From Dipteris shenzhenensis (Eukaryota): a DNA stretch of 64,000 bases. The DNA is taken from NCBI GenBank assembly GCA_047967505.1, contig CM106538.1; one strand, 5' to 3'. Each line of letters begins with the position of its first letter. Position 1 is the stretch's first letter. The notes under the pieces were generated by a model. That model was given only the letters and a program-made list of their open reading frames with translations. It was not told the DNA's origin and searched no databases. Position numbers and translations under genes: made by a program. Below, piece by piece: positions 22,330 through 35,579 of this stretch.

Positions 22330-24250
22330 ATAAAATACACATAGACTTTAACTTATCCTGAAATGCTTTGAATGACTCGAGATGTGGTCATACTAGAGCA
22401 TTCCTTCATGGAGATAAATGCCCATATCATTAATCTTAGGTAAATGTTTTGTCTATCTGTCTCTTGGATCCTCCTCATGTGCAAGGTGGCAAAATTTGAC
22501 ACTCTATGCTCTGTGTGGAAACTAGTGATTTGTGCAAAGGGAAACTCTAAGTGGCACACATTAAGTGCATTTGTGGTGAATGCCTAGCAATTTGTCTACC
22601 CAAATGAATTCACGGAAGATAACCATGGCATTGTAAAGTGGAGGAGAATTGAAAATCTTGGTGCTAAAGGATCAGACAAGAAGGGATGGCTATTTTCATA
22701 CAAGACTACTTGACCACATGAGCTTATTGACCACATAGTACAATCCATCCCAAAATATGTGCTTCACAAATTCACCGTATGATGGCAATTTAGGATGTGC
22801 CTTGTCCATTTCCCAAGGACACAATTATCCATGTGATTGGTTTTTCTGAATATTATTATTTTCAAGAATAAGATAAAATACAAACTACACACTAGTAAAA
22901 CAAGTGTGCAGTTTGTAAATGGGAGGAGATTGGAAAAGGCTGGTGTTGAAGGATCATACAAGAAGAGCTGGCTAATGTCATATAAGACTTGCTTCATAAT
23001 TTCGCCATATTATTATGGCAATTTAGGAAGTGCCTTGTCCATTTCCCCAAGGACACAATTATCTTAGTGATTGGTTTTTTTGCAAATGATTCATTTCAAG
23101 AATAAGATAAAATACAAATTGCACACTGGTACAACAAGAAGATAACAATTTTATTTCATATCACCTATAGCTATCTACCGAATTCCATGATGATTGATAC
23201 CAGTCTACTAGTAGACTCCAAGGATTTCAAGAAAGTAGTGCATGTACCATTTCTACATTTTGGATGATAGGGGACATGAAACCTTGTTTGTACAATATCA
23301 GATATGATTGGTTAACCAAAGATGATCCCCAAGTACAAGAAACAATAATACAGCATTGGGTGTGGTTAGATGGTGCTTCCTCTCAATTTATGACAGCCCA
23401 TGGATACTATTTTGTTGTAAGGTTTAAGTCACTAGTCTAAAAACCATGTGAAATTTCTTTGGATTTAGCCATGGCAAGGGGAAAAATGACAAATGTGGCA
23501 CCATCATTAATTGAGATTTATTGACATTAGTCAGAATGACCTCAAGATAGATTGCAGGTTCCCTACAATGTAATGACTTGGCTTGCATCTACTAACCTCT
23601 CCATAGAGGCACAATTGACATACAGTAAACAGAACCTCAGAATACATTAGTGCATAGAGTGTCCATGAGGTGAAAGTGGATGAAGTAGAAAGCAAGAATA
23701 GATATGATTGTGACACCATTGATGGGACTTGAAGCTTGCATAGCATATGGGGCTTTTCAATCAACCACCTTTGTCTCAAAACATGACATATTTTCTAGTT
23801 TTGTAATGTGTACATCATGGGAGATTATGAGAAGTATGATAGCATTGCAGCTATGAAACAATACAAGATATACCATATTTTCCCTCATTAATGACTATGT
23901 TAAAGAGACAAACACTGGACCACAGTTTGGGGAGGGATTTGATGACCTCATTGATGCATTGGAAGAGGGGGATAACTTTGTAGTTCTTGCTACCTCAAAG
24001 GAGGATGAGGAATATGACCCATACTTTGTGTCACAGTGTGTGAAGGAAGCATTTCAAGGTAATTAGGGACTGACCTATGAGAGGTGGAAAGTAGTAGTTG
24101 TAACATGATGACATCCAAGAAAGGCCATAGGTACAAAATCTTAGATAAGAATCCACATACATTTATCTCTTCTCATGTAGCTAGAGCTATTAAGTCTTAA
24201 ATGTAAGTTATTCCTAGAGAACGAAGGGCAAAAGGGTCTTGAAAATGGAT
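22330..24250 (+). mobile_element. Degenerate Sola2-like DDE DNA transposase
   Basis: Ordered motifs: KCICGEC; IIHVIGFSEYY..E*DKIQTTH (DFxENY..QxEIQxxHW); DDR.HETLFVQ; WVWLDGASSQF (23357-23389); NFF..SHGKGKND (23470-23490); TIDGT*SLH (~23716-23741). Many stops. Confidence 0.68.
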
Positions 24251-24899
24251 TAGGGCACTTACAAGCACATCATGGGGTGCATTTCAAGCTTTAAGGACCA
24301 AGCTAGCTAGTTGTTAAATGAAAAAAAACCTGCAATCTTGGTGCCATCGAAGCTAAGTCATAGGAAGCTTGCAAACTAGTCATAAAAGTTTTCCCATGCA
24401 TGTTGTGTGAAAGTGCCATGTATCTTGCATGAAAGTGCCATCACGATTCAATGTCCTAGGATATAAGGAAGAAGACTTGGTCAAATCAAAGCGCTACCCT
24501 CAAATGAGTTTTTTAACATTAAAGGTTATATTCAATGGACTCAAGATCCTGCCAATCACATCTCAAAATTAAAATTCCAGAAATCAACATAACAAGAAGG
24601 CTAGCTTGCAAGGCCACCACCCAAATGAAAAGAAAATACAATAGTGAAAAAATCAATGATAGATCAATCATCATAGGTATCATGATTGAATTTTGATACA
24701 TCATTAAAAAAACCTCAAGATGATAATTTAATTGAAAGTAAAATCTCAAGTTACATGATGTCAGAGTAACTTTTCAATGTCAAGAGTAATAGTGTGCTTT
24801 TCAATGTCACTCCTATTGCTTATTTTCCCCTTTTGATTGGGTAGAGATTCAAAACTTGGCTCCCCTTTCATTACCTTCTTGCTGGATGGAGGTTCATAG

Positions 24900-26400
24900 C
24901 TTGCATAGACTACTAGGGTAGCTAAGACTCTCTCCTTCTTAATAGTTTCATGAGGCACGCACATCTGATATGTCCATCTTATAGGCAACAACATCTCACA
25001 GAACCTACATATTGATGTTGCCTTTATTAATACCCCAAATCAATACACATGTATAGGCTAAAAACATTGGCACTATTAGATATGGCATCTATCTATGAGG
25101 TGGCCACCACATATCATGCACTTTTCACTATGTCATATTTGAAGAGGATAGCTTTTGGATCTTATGTATGTTGCTATGAGGACCACTATATGCATTTGTT
25201 GATTAGTAAGCTACTTTTTTATTATTTCTCAACTTGAGGGTGTGGATATTGTCCACACAAGTGCTCCACTCTCTTCTTGCTTTCAATAATGGCTTCATCC
25301 AAATCTTGTGGCTATTTTTGAGCCATTTTGTTTTCTTGGGAAACCTCAAATATGCCTTTTACAAGAAGGTCACTCTATCCTCCAATTCACCAATTGTCTC
25401 TCTAAATTTTCAATGGCCTTAGTAAGCTTTTGCAGAGTGGAATGATATCGGAGTTTGAGATCTAGTACAAGTCTTCCCAATATTTGGACACTTGGAGCTG
25501 CTCTCCACCTGATCTTAATCCTAGGCATTTTATCTAGCTTTCAAGATTCTGTGTAGGTCCTTGACACCTCTCTAGTTTGCTCATTGTCCATGTTCAAGAT
25601 GTTTTGCATGTTGCAAAACCATTTGAAAAGGCCATCCTTTTTTATCTCTTGAATCTCAAGAGTTGTTGTCATGGACTACCTCCATTTCAATGTCCTTCAC
25701 CTATTGCTTTAGGCACCTGATGCACTCCTCTGCTTATCTTCTTTGCATCTCCTCCATAGCTAACTTTTCAACTTTCTTTGCCTTTTCCTTGGCTATATTG
25801 GTTTGCAACCACTTGTGTGTGCTACAAATTCCTTGGATTGAGCTCACTCTATGTTGGCTTCAGCATCCACCTTGAGATATCGTCATTTCCTCATCCACCA
25901 TCTGGTACATTTGAGAGAAAACTTGGGTTCCCCCAATAGGTGCACTCAATTTCATAGTCTTAAGAGGATGCTGGATACTTGCACGCAAAATTATTTTGTA
26001 AGTTGGTTAACATTGTTCTTGTGATCACCTTGGAATAGGAAACTTCACATCCACAAAATTGCATTATTGCTACCTAAACTTTCCAGAAAGAAATGCCTTA
26101 TTTTCTTTAAAACTTACTTAACTTCTTCTGGCAAGCTTGAAACCTTGACTCCACCATTGTTGCTAACCTACCCATGGGAGAATTCCCTAATGAGGCCCTA
26201 TTTCTTCCATGGATGCTCTGAGAAACCTTTTATCTACCGCCACCACCCTTGTCTCCTATTGCACCCGCCTAATCCACCTCATCCCTTGCTCCACCACCCT
26301 CATCTTTTGCTCCACGCTTCTCTCCACCACCCTCAAATCTATGCCTCACATCTATTTGACACATTTTTTACACTTAGCTTCTGATAGAGAAGTGGCCTTT
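24900..26400 (-). pseudogene. Decayed ORF with coiled-coil-like region and Cys/His (RING-like) cluster
   Basis: Minus-strand fragments CMICGGH...CQC...ICRFCEM near 24990-25125, with E/K/Q-rich stretches upstream. Heavily interrupted. Confidence 0.25.
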
Positions 26401-27856
26401 CTTTTCCACAATAAAAGAATATTAGACATACTCCAAGACCTTCAATGATAGGGCCATCTTCCCAACAAAATGGAGGCCTACATGGTGTTTGAACTAGTCA
26501 GAATGGAGGTCTATTTGTGTGCATTTTATGTGCCTTATGGCTTGGTTGACTTTGTCTTGGACACCTTGTTAATGTGGAAGTTTTTTGGACCTCAATCTAT
26601 AAGAACTAGAAGAGAATTTTTTTATCCCAGCTAGCTCTTTTTTGTCTTGCCATGTTGAATGGTGTCTTATCTGGCCAAATTCCTGGTGAATCTATTTCTT
26701 TGGACTATCTTTACAATATAATTGTTAATATATAAAAACTTCTCTTTTAAATATGATTTTGAGAGTATCCAAACTATCATTACAATATGGCTATCAATAT
26801 ATGAACATATATCTTTTAAATATGGTGTCGAGAGTAAAACACTGCCTAGTTCTAAAGTTCCATGAGTAATTTATAATAAAAAGTTAATTGGGTTGGAAAG
26901 TGGGCTTCGAAGCCTCTTGCATGTAGCTTAGTAGTAGATTAACTGCTCATAAAAGTCTATTTGTAGTGTATTTTTTTGAGTAAAATTAAGAAATTGGGAT
27001 TGGGATTCAAGGTTGCCTTCGATTTTAAGGGAAAAAATATACATATTATATTTGAAAATCATGATATTCATATGATATTTGGAAAATTTTAGATATAATC
27101 CTAATTACGCTTTAGGATTGCCCTTAGTTTGAGGGATTTGAAAAGTTTTGTGCATGGGTTGACATGTTTGGTTTCAACTGGCTGGTTATAGCCATCTCAA
27201 TGGTGGGCATGGCTAGTTTTGACCATCATGGTGATTGATGTGGTCCACTGTGCGTACACTATAATTTTAGCCATCATGATGTTTGCCACATGTTTGCATC
27301 ACCAACCAACATAGTGGTTACAGTAGATGTGGCCATCATGGTGGTTGACTTGGCATATGAATGGATTCTAGCAACTGCTACTTTCATTTCGCAAACCTCC
27401 AATTCATTTTCTTCCAGTGGTTGGGATGTTTCTGTGTCCTCCACCAATCATATTCATGGCTTCAAAGACATGCAAGAATTCTCCATGTTTCACATCTAGA
27501 ATGAACACAATGATCACAATAGATTAGATATGTCATCTAAGTCCATGTAGCATGTCATTTGCCACACAATAGATCTAATGAATGCTAACAATGCTAGTTA
27601 GTAAAGGAATCTATAGCAAGATGGCAACTAGTAAAAGTTTTGTTATGGTGAAAATTGGGTCCCTTGGCTACATTGGATCATGCATTGGCCATGTATTTAG
27701 TAAAGATCTCAAAATCTTACTTATAACTTACTCACGTGCTCCTTTTATTGATAACAATTGTGTTTAAATAGATACCTACTATAGAACAATTGAAACACAA
27801 TTGTTGATAACAACTGTGTTTAAATAGATACTTACTATAGAGCACATTTTTTAATG

Positions 27857-27911
<55 letters not shown>

Positions 27912-27959
27912 CTCATTCTCATTCTCATGCATGTGCATGAAACCAATAATCGTTCTCTT

Positions 27960-30900
27960 TGTTGCAGTGAAAACTCTTGATAAATCTCCAAATTAACCTT
28001 GTGACAAGATTATCGATTACTATAAAAAAATATGGAGAGAGGAGAGGAGAAGAGTGGAGATGAGGAGAGAGGTACAGCTAGAGAGCACACCACAAATGAC
28101 TAACTGTACACTAGATGTAGTTGAAAATGATGAATATCTACAAACACCTTTAGGATTAGGGTTAGGGTTTCTTACCCTTTCCTTTATAGCACTTTATATG
28201 TTAGTGTTATGCACAATATTTAACATATGATGTTGAGATGGTTTCTCAACACCTTCCCTCAAGATCAACATCATGAAGTAGGCCTACCCTCAAGATGATG
28301 ATTCTATGGAATTGAAGAAGGACTGAGCGTTATATTCCATCACACCCCTTAATGTGAATGTCCTTCCTCTACATCAAACCAAGATCTTGTTGGTGCTTCT
28401 CCTCGAAAAGCTCTTTCCCAAGTGGTTTGGTAAAGATGTTTGCAACATTCTCTTTGATGTCACAATGTTTGCACTGTGATGACACCAAGTAGCACCCTTT
28501 CTCTAATGAAATGCTCCTTGACATCAATGTGCTTTATCTTAGAGTGATATACTGGATTATGCAAGCCGATTGATTATCACAGTATATTATTGTCAGCTTT
28601 GTTTCATCTAAGTAATTTGTTTCTAACAATAGTCTTCTGAGCCATATAGTCTCACATGCACTTGTTGTGAGTGCCCTATATTCTGCTTCTATTGAAGACA
28701 AAGAAACTTTATTTGACAACCATGATATAACACCTTTACCAAGGAAAAATGCATATCCTTGAGTAGATCTCCTGGTCTCATGATCTCCAACACAGTCACT
28801 CTCACAATATCCATGCAACCTTGGATAACTTCCTCTATATTCTATTTCAAACTCTCTTGTACCTCCGATGTATCTCAAGACTCTTTTGGTTACATTCCTG
28901 TGAGACTGTTTTGGATTTTCCATAAAGTGTGCTAGTGAAATTACTGCATAACAAATATCTCGCATTGTGATAGCTAGATATATAAGAGATCCTATGAGCT
29001 ACCCATAGTACCTTTATTGACTCTATAGGCTTGTTTGGAACTTTAGTAAGTTTCAAACTCTGTTCCATGGGAGTGGCTGCAATCTTACAATCTACCATAT
29101 AAAACTCTATTACATGGGAGTGGCTGTAATCTTACAATCTACCATATGAAACTTCTTTAGGAAATTGTTAACATATTTTAGCTGACTCATGAAGGTGCTG
29201 TCTGAGTCTCTCTAAAACTCAATTCCAAGACAATAGTGCACAAGTCCAAGATCTTTCATGTCAAATTCTATAGACAAGTCTTGTTTTAGCTTATTGATGA
29301 AAAGTCATTACTTCTATCACAATTAGATCATCTATGTACAAAATTGCAATAGTAATGTCTTCCCCTTGAACTTTGTAGTAGGGAGGAGTATGATCTGCAT
29401 TGGATTTCATGTATCCTAGATTAGCAAAATACTTGTCGATTCTACTATACCAACTTTTGGGTGCTTGATTTAAGCCGTAGGGACTTTTCTTGAGATGGAA
29501 AGCCTGATTCTCTTTCCCTGGCTCACCATGACCTACTGGTTGTTGCATGTCGACTTCCTCATCTTGGTAACCATTGAGAAAAGCATTCTTGACATCTAGC
29601 TGATACACATTCCACTTGCTGAGTGTTGCTAGTGATAGAACCATATGGAATCCATCTTTACTATTGGAGTATAAGTCTCATCATAATCTTGACCATATTG
29701 CTGTGCAAATCCTTTTGCAACTAGTCTGGCTTTGTATCTTTCAATGCTTCCATCTGAATTGTACTTCCATCTTTCAATGCTTCCATCTGGATTGTACTTC
29801 ACTTTGTAATTCCACTTGTTTGCTATGGCCTTCTTTCCTGGTGGAAGGTCACATAATTCCTAAAGTGTTGTTTTTGTACAAAGCTTCCATTTCTTCATTG
29901 ATAGAAGTTTTCCATTCTGCCTTGTCAACTGCATCTTTGAAGTACACTGACTCTTCTCTAGCCATGATGGTAGTCATAAGAGCATAGTTGGTGGTTTCAA
30001 CATGAATTGCTTTTCCTTTTTGAGCATAGGTCAATCTGGTTGGTGGTTTGATTTACCTATTAGACTGTTTGAGTTGCTATTGCTCTTCTCGAGGTGTCTT
30101 TGGCAATTCTTGCTCTTCTTCATCAACCTTTTTTATAGGTGACTGAGTAATATGTGTGTCTATCTCCTGTGTATTTGATGTTTTCATTCTAATTCTTCAT
30201 CAAAGATTACATCTTTGGAGATTAAGACCTTTTGTTTGATGGGATCATATAACTTGTATGCTTTGCTTTCTTCACTGTAGCCAACCATGATGCATTTACG
30301 CGACTTCACATCTGACTTTCTGTGATGATAGTCATGTATGTGGGCATATGCTATGCAACCAAATATGTGAAGATGCTCAATGCATTGTATCCGGTGAATG
30401 CTTCATAAGGTGTCATACCCTCGGTTCGGTCAGAAGCTGATTGATTAAGTAGTTTACAGTGGTGATTGCTTCTGCCCAATATTGATTCAAAAGATGCTTC
30501 TTACCGAGCATTGCTCTAGCACTGTCTGCTAAAGTCCCATTCTTCCTTTCAGCTCTTACATTCTACTAAAGAGTATCTGCACAAGTGAATTGTCTTCGGC
30601 TGCCATTACTTCTGCAAAAGTTCATCAATGCTGAAGACATATATTCACCTCCTTTGTCTGATCTCATGACTTTGATCTTTCTACCTGTCTGGTTCTCAAC
30701 CATGGCTTTGAATTCTTGAAATCCAGAAAAGACTTCAAATTTCTCTTTTAGAAAGTAGATCCAACAATATCTGTTGTAGTTGTCAATGAAAGTCAAATAG
30801 TGAAGTGAACCATTGATGATGCGAATCAGTGCATAACCCCATACATCTGTATGTATTAAATCAAGAATATCTCTAGCTTAAGAAGTGCTTCTGCCAAAAT

Positions 30901-32700
30901 TGGTTTGCTTTTGTTTACTGAAGCAACATGCTTTGCTAACTTTTCCAAGAAATAGTAGTTGTGGAATTCCAATTGCTATATTCTGATTTCTTAGCTATAT
31001 TAAACTTTTGAAATTGACATGTCCATATCTCTTGTGCCATATTGCAGTAAGTGGCATCGGTTGCTGTTGAGCTGACATGGTATGCAAATTTGGTACTGAA
31101 GCTAGCATCCTAAACAAGCGTCCTCCCTTGATTGCTTTTCCTACTAGTTGATATCCTTTGGATTTTTCTCTCATAGTGCATTCATGGCCATCAAAGATGA
31201 CTCAATAGTTGTGTTTCGACATTTGTCCAATTAACAAGAGGTTCTTACTGAGCTTTGGAACATAGAGTACATCTTTCACCAATCCTTTTGTACTAGTAAA
31301 ATTGTTCAGAGGGATAATGCCTTTCCCTTGAACTGGATTTGGCTTGTTATTTGCAGTCTAGATAACATTCTTCTATCCTTCTAATGTTTCATCTCTATGA
31401 ACCATTCCTCATGTTTTGTCATGTGAGATGATGCACTGCTATCGATGCACCAAGAATCTTGATCTGCTTGATTGACTTGATAATTGAATTCCCCTTTTGG
31501 ATTGCAATCAATGTCAAGATACACTGTTTCAGTTTTCTACATATCCTCACTTTTAAGAAACATATTTTTAAGGTTCATTGACATAATGACTATGACTTGA
31601 ATGTTCACCACGATGATTTCCTCTTCCATAAAAATTTCCTTGATTACTACTGGATTGATCGCCTTGGTCGTACTGCTTCTTGTGGCAGCGGCAATCTCTT
31701 TCATAGTGTCTAAACTTATGATAGTAGTTGCACAGAATGTTTGACACATTGGCGGATGCATTCCCTCATCCTTGAAATCTTCCTCTATTGGAATGATTTC
31801 CTCTTGGATGCTGATGTTGATGCTGACTTTGTTACTAATGATGACCACATGAATGGCCTAAACCCTAGTTCTTCACCAAGTAACACTGACTGTAACTCTT
31901 CCAGTGTTGGAATTTTCCATTAAATGGCACTACTCTAAACTAGATTCTTGTATCCCTCTTCCCATTCAAGATGACTTGAACCATTTCTGTAACATTCATA
32001 GTCTCTCCTGTTGCTGCTGCTACTATGAGTTGACTGTTGTAATCCTTCATCCTGAGTACATAAGCATGACCAGTTACTTGCTGTTGTAGAAACTCTGGTT
32101 GATCTAGTTTCTCAATATGAGAATCTAGGATGTGTTCTTGGACTCGTAAAGAGCTGCAAACATATCCCATGCCTCTGTTCATGTCTTCACAGTGGTGAGC
32201 TATCCTAGAATGACATCTTGCACAAAATGCTTGATCAAATTATATGCATATTTTTCTTTCTTGTCCCATTCTGCCTGTGCTCGATGGACGATCTATAGCA
32301 GGTGCGGACATTGTTGGTGTAGGTGTAGATCTCGCTACTTATGTGGGAGTGGATGTCGGATCGTCTGATGCTCTAGGTGTAGGCCCATCGACATACTCCC
32401 ATTTGTCTTGAAGTACAAGAATGGTCTCCACTTGATATTTCCATGTGCCATAATTGGAATTGTCCAACTTAGCAAATGCCAACAAATTGAGGTTGCTAGT
32501 GGTACACATGGTGCAACATAGTACTCAAAGTGCCTGTGAAAATCAATGTCTGAATCAGCTGCAATACACTATCTATATCAACTAGAATATGTATCGTCAA
32601 TGAAGATAGAACTATAATATATATTCAATCTCTTACAAGGCTTGTGGCAAATGATGCCAAGAACAGTGAAGAGGCTTTACAATGGTAAAAATGATGCGCA
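27960..32700 (-). mobile_element. Decayed Ty1/copia retrotransposon A (3' LTR ~27960-28342; 5' LTR not recognised)
   Basis: Gag start MCTTSN...KLDNSNYGTWKYQVETIL at 32509, integrase (RSDKGGEY), RT (QLDVKNAFLNG, LYIDDL) and RNase H (CDNQSA). PPT AAGGGG near 28345-28350, followed by a TG...GCAACA LTR. Confidence 0.88.
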
Positions 32701-33478
32701 CAATGTGAAAAAATAGCCTATAAGGCTTTACAATGGTGGCATATGAGTGCAAAATGAACAAATGTGCAATCTACCCACTGATCATAAATCATCCAATGCC
32801 TCTAGAAACTCTGAAGTCTGCTCACTGAACTGATGGTGGTTGGGTTTCAGGAAATGTAATGATGTGAAACCACATAGACATAAAGGAGGGGTTTTGGGGG
32901 GCGGAGTGTGGGGAAGGGCGTGTGTGAGAAAAATTTACAGAGAAAAAATTTGTGTGTGTGTGTGTGTGCGCGCGCGCGCAAGACTATAAAAAAAAGGAGA
33001 AGTATGAAGGGAGAAAAAAGGACTAAAAAAGTACCACATATATTTTTTTTTTAAAAAGGGAGACTTCTCAATATAAATACTTGAAGGGTTAATAGTCGAC
33101 AAAGACTAGGCTTGAAGATAAGGGAACTTAGCTCTTAAGGGAACTTAAGTAAATAAATGAAGCTTAAATATATATAAAGCTATCATAAAGAAATAAGAGT
33201 AAAGATTTTGAAAAAAACACATAAAGAAAAGAAAATAACATCAATGAAGAGCAAAAATTAAAGATGGGAAGTGAGATAAGTATATATATATATGTCTAAT
33301 AATGCAGTAAGGGGGTGCTACATGCAATAAAATTTTAAAAAATGGTCGTACAATAAGTGAAATTGTGTTATGAACCAAGCAATAGACATAGTTACAAATA
33401 AGCCTATATATAAGTATATTTATATAACATTAACAAGGAAACAAATAAACAAATAAATGGGGGGAAATTACAAAAAAA

Positions 33479-35413
33479 TGTTAGATATCAATGCTCCACT
33501 CTCGTGTAACTACATGGGAACCAGCTAACTCTACTTGTAAGCCCCCCATATGAGGAGAAGGCATTTGAGTAGCTCGGTTATCCGGTAGGTCCTAGTTTGG
33601 ACACCAAATGGGGGCCATGTGTGGCCTGATGGCTGAACGGCTTCAGATAGAGTTGGCACACTGCCAACTAGGCTACATGCAAGTGCGGGAAGGCATCCCA
33701 TGACTGACCGCACTGAAGGTAGACAGAGCGGTTCCCGAGGTAGCCCACTCTCGAGTTGCGAGGTCCGTTTGGAGCCCCAGATGATCCCGGATGGCTCTGG
33801 GCCAAATGGCAACTGTATGTTAGTTGCTCTATTTTGTGCCACGGTTCTATCGAGTGGTCGGTGGCCTATTTTGGGACCGATCCCCAGTCGGTCGTTTTGG
33901 GCGGACTAGGTCAGTCACCCAATTGGGTCTAACCGACTACGACTGGTGGCTATATAAGAGCAAGCCCGTGAAGCCCATCATCATCACTGGCTATAGCAAC
34001 TTTGATTCCTTAGCATCCAGCCTCCATCCTCTACTGTTTTTAGCACGCCATCGAAGCTCCTCACACATGAGTGCACAGCTAGGAGGCAACGCCATCTATT
34101 GTATCAGTTCTATAGTAATCAAAGTTTGGATTCTCCATACTATCTGATTTTCTCTCTTGCATACGAGATCATGTCATCTATTGAGCATAGACGTATTGTT
34201 TTCTTACATGGTATCAGAGCTTGGGCTCTAGCAAGAAGATTTGGTAGTGTGTTTCTGTTTGCAAGCAGATTGTGAGAGATGGCCCAGCCCGCAAGACTGC
34301 GAGTCCCACCGTTCGGTGAAAGCTTAAAGTTGGACGGCACTAACTATCCACTCTGGAAGTTCAAGATGAAGACCATCCTAAGCACATACGAGCTTTGGGA
34401 TACTGCTACTGGGGTGGACCTAAAGCCGGTTGCGAGACTGAATCCAGCCAATGCAACACAACAGATAGTACCAACTGTGGATGAGATTTTCGTGTGGATA
34501 AGAAGAAATGCAGATGCGCTGTGTTCTATTGTCTGCAGTGTAAGTGATTCTATCATGGCATTAATTCAACATGTCACCACAGCGGAGGAGGCATGGATAG
34601 TCTTGAAAAATCAGTACGAGACCATGAATTAGACACAGATTTAGAATCTGGAGACTTAACTCACGAACGAGAAACTGTCTGAGTTTGAAACGGCAGAGAA
34701 GTTCATCACCAGGGTGAAGAATCTGCGCGATCAGATGACTGCAATTGGCATCACCATCACCAGCGAGAATCTAGCACGAAGGTGCATATGGATTCTTCCA
34801 CCAAAGTACGATAGTCTTGTTACGGCATTGAATTTGTAGAACAGAGATCCGCCCCTCAACTTTGAGGATTTCAGTGCGATGCTTCTCGAGGAGGAGATGG
34901 ATCAAAAGATGAGGACTAGAGAAGATTCGGCTTTCTCGACTAGATCAAAGAAAGGTAAGGGTAAGGACTCTGGTAACCCATCTTCTTCTGATGATAAAAA
35001 GAGAAAGAAGAAGATCAAGTGCTTCTATTGCAACAAGGCAGGGCACAAGCAGAATGAGTGCCGGAAGAAGATTGTAGATGAGAAGAACGGTGTAAAGAAA
35101 GAGTCTAGCAACAACGCGCAGGCAGTTGGGTCTAACCAACTACGACTGGTGGCTATATAAGAGCAAGCCCGTGAAGCCCATCATCATGACTGGCTATAGC
35201 AACCCTTTTCGTTAGCATCCAGCCTCTGTCCTCTACTGTTTCCAGCATGCCATCGAAGCTCTTCACACAGGAGTGCACGACTAGGAGGCAGCGCCATCTA
35301 TTGTATCAGCTCTATAGTAATCAAATTTTTGATTCTCCATACTATCTGCTTTTCTCTCTTGCATACGAGATCCTGTTATCTGTTGAGCACAGACATTGTA
35401 CTGTTTTCTTACA
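33479..35413 (+). mobile_element. Internally deleted Ty1/copia element B (5' LTR 33479-34208, PBS 34209-34220, gag, partial 3' LTR 35126-35413), TSD AAAAA
   Basis: LTR TGTTAGATATC...TTCTTACA and PBS TGGTATCAGAGC (tRNA-iMet). Gag with zinc knuckle CFYCNKAGHKQNEC. AAAAA on both sides. Same family as 43637-49108. Confidence 0.92.
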
Positions 35414-35544
35414 AAAAATACAAGGGAAAAGGAGGAGTTGGAGTTAAGGCAAAGTAAATGTAAGTGGGATAAATAAATCAATCAATATAAGGGTTAAATG
35501 AGCATATAAATGGCAATTAATTAGCAAAAGTCACACTATATAAC

Positions 35545-35579
<35 letters not shown>

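Noticed and set aside
28148-28172. Telomere-like TTAGGG repeats
   Set aside because: Only 2-3 units inside a copia LTR (telo-box-like), not an interstitial telomere.
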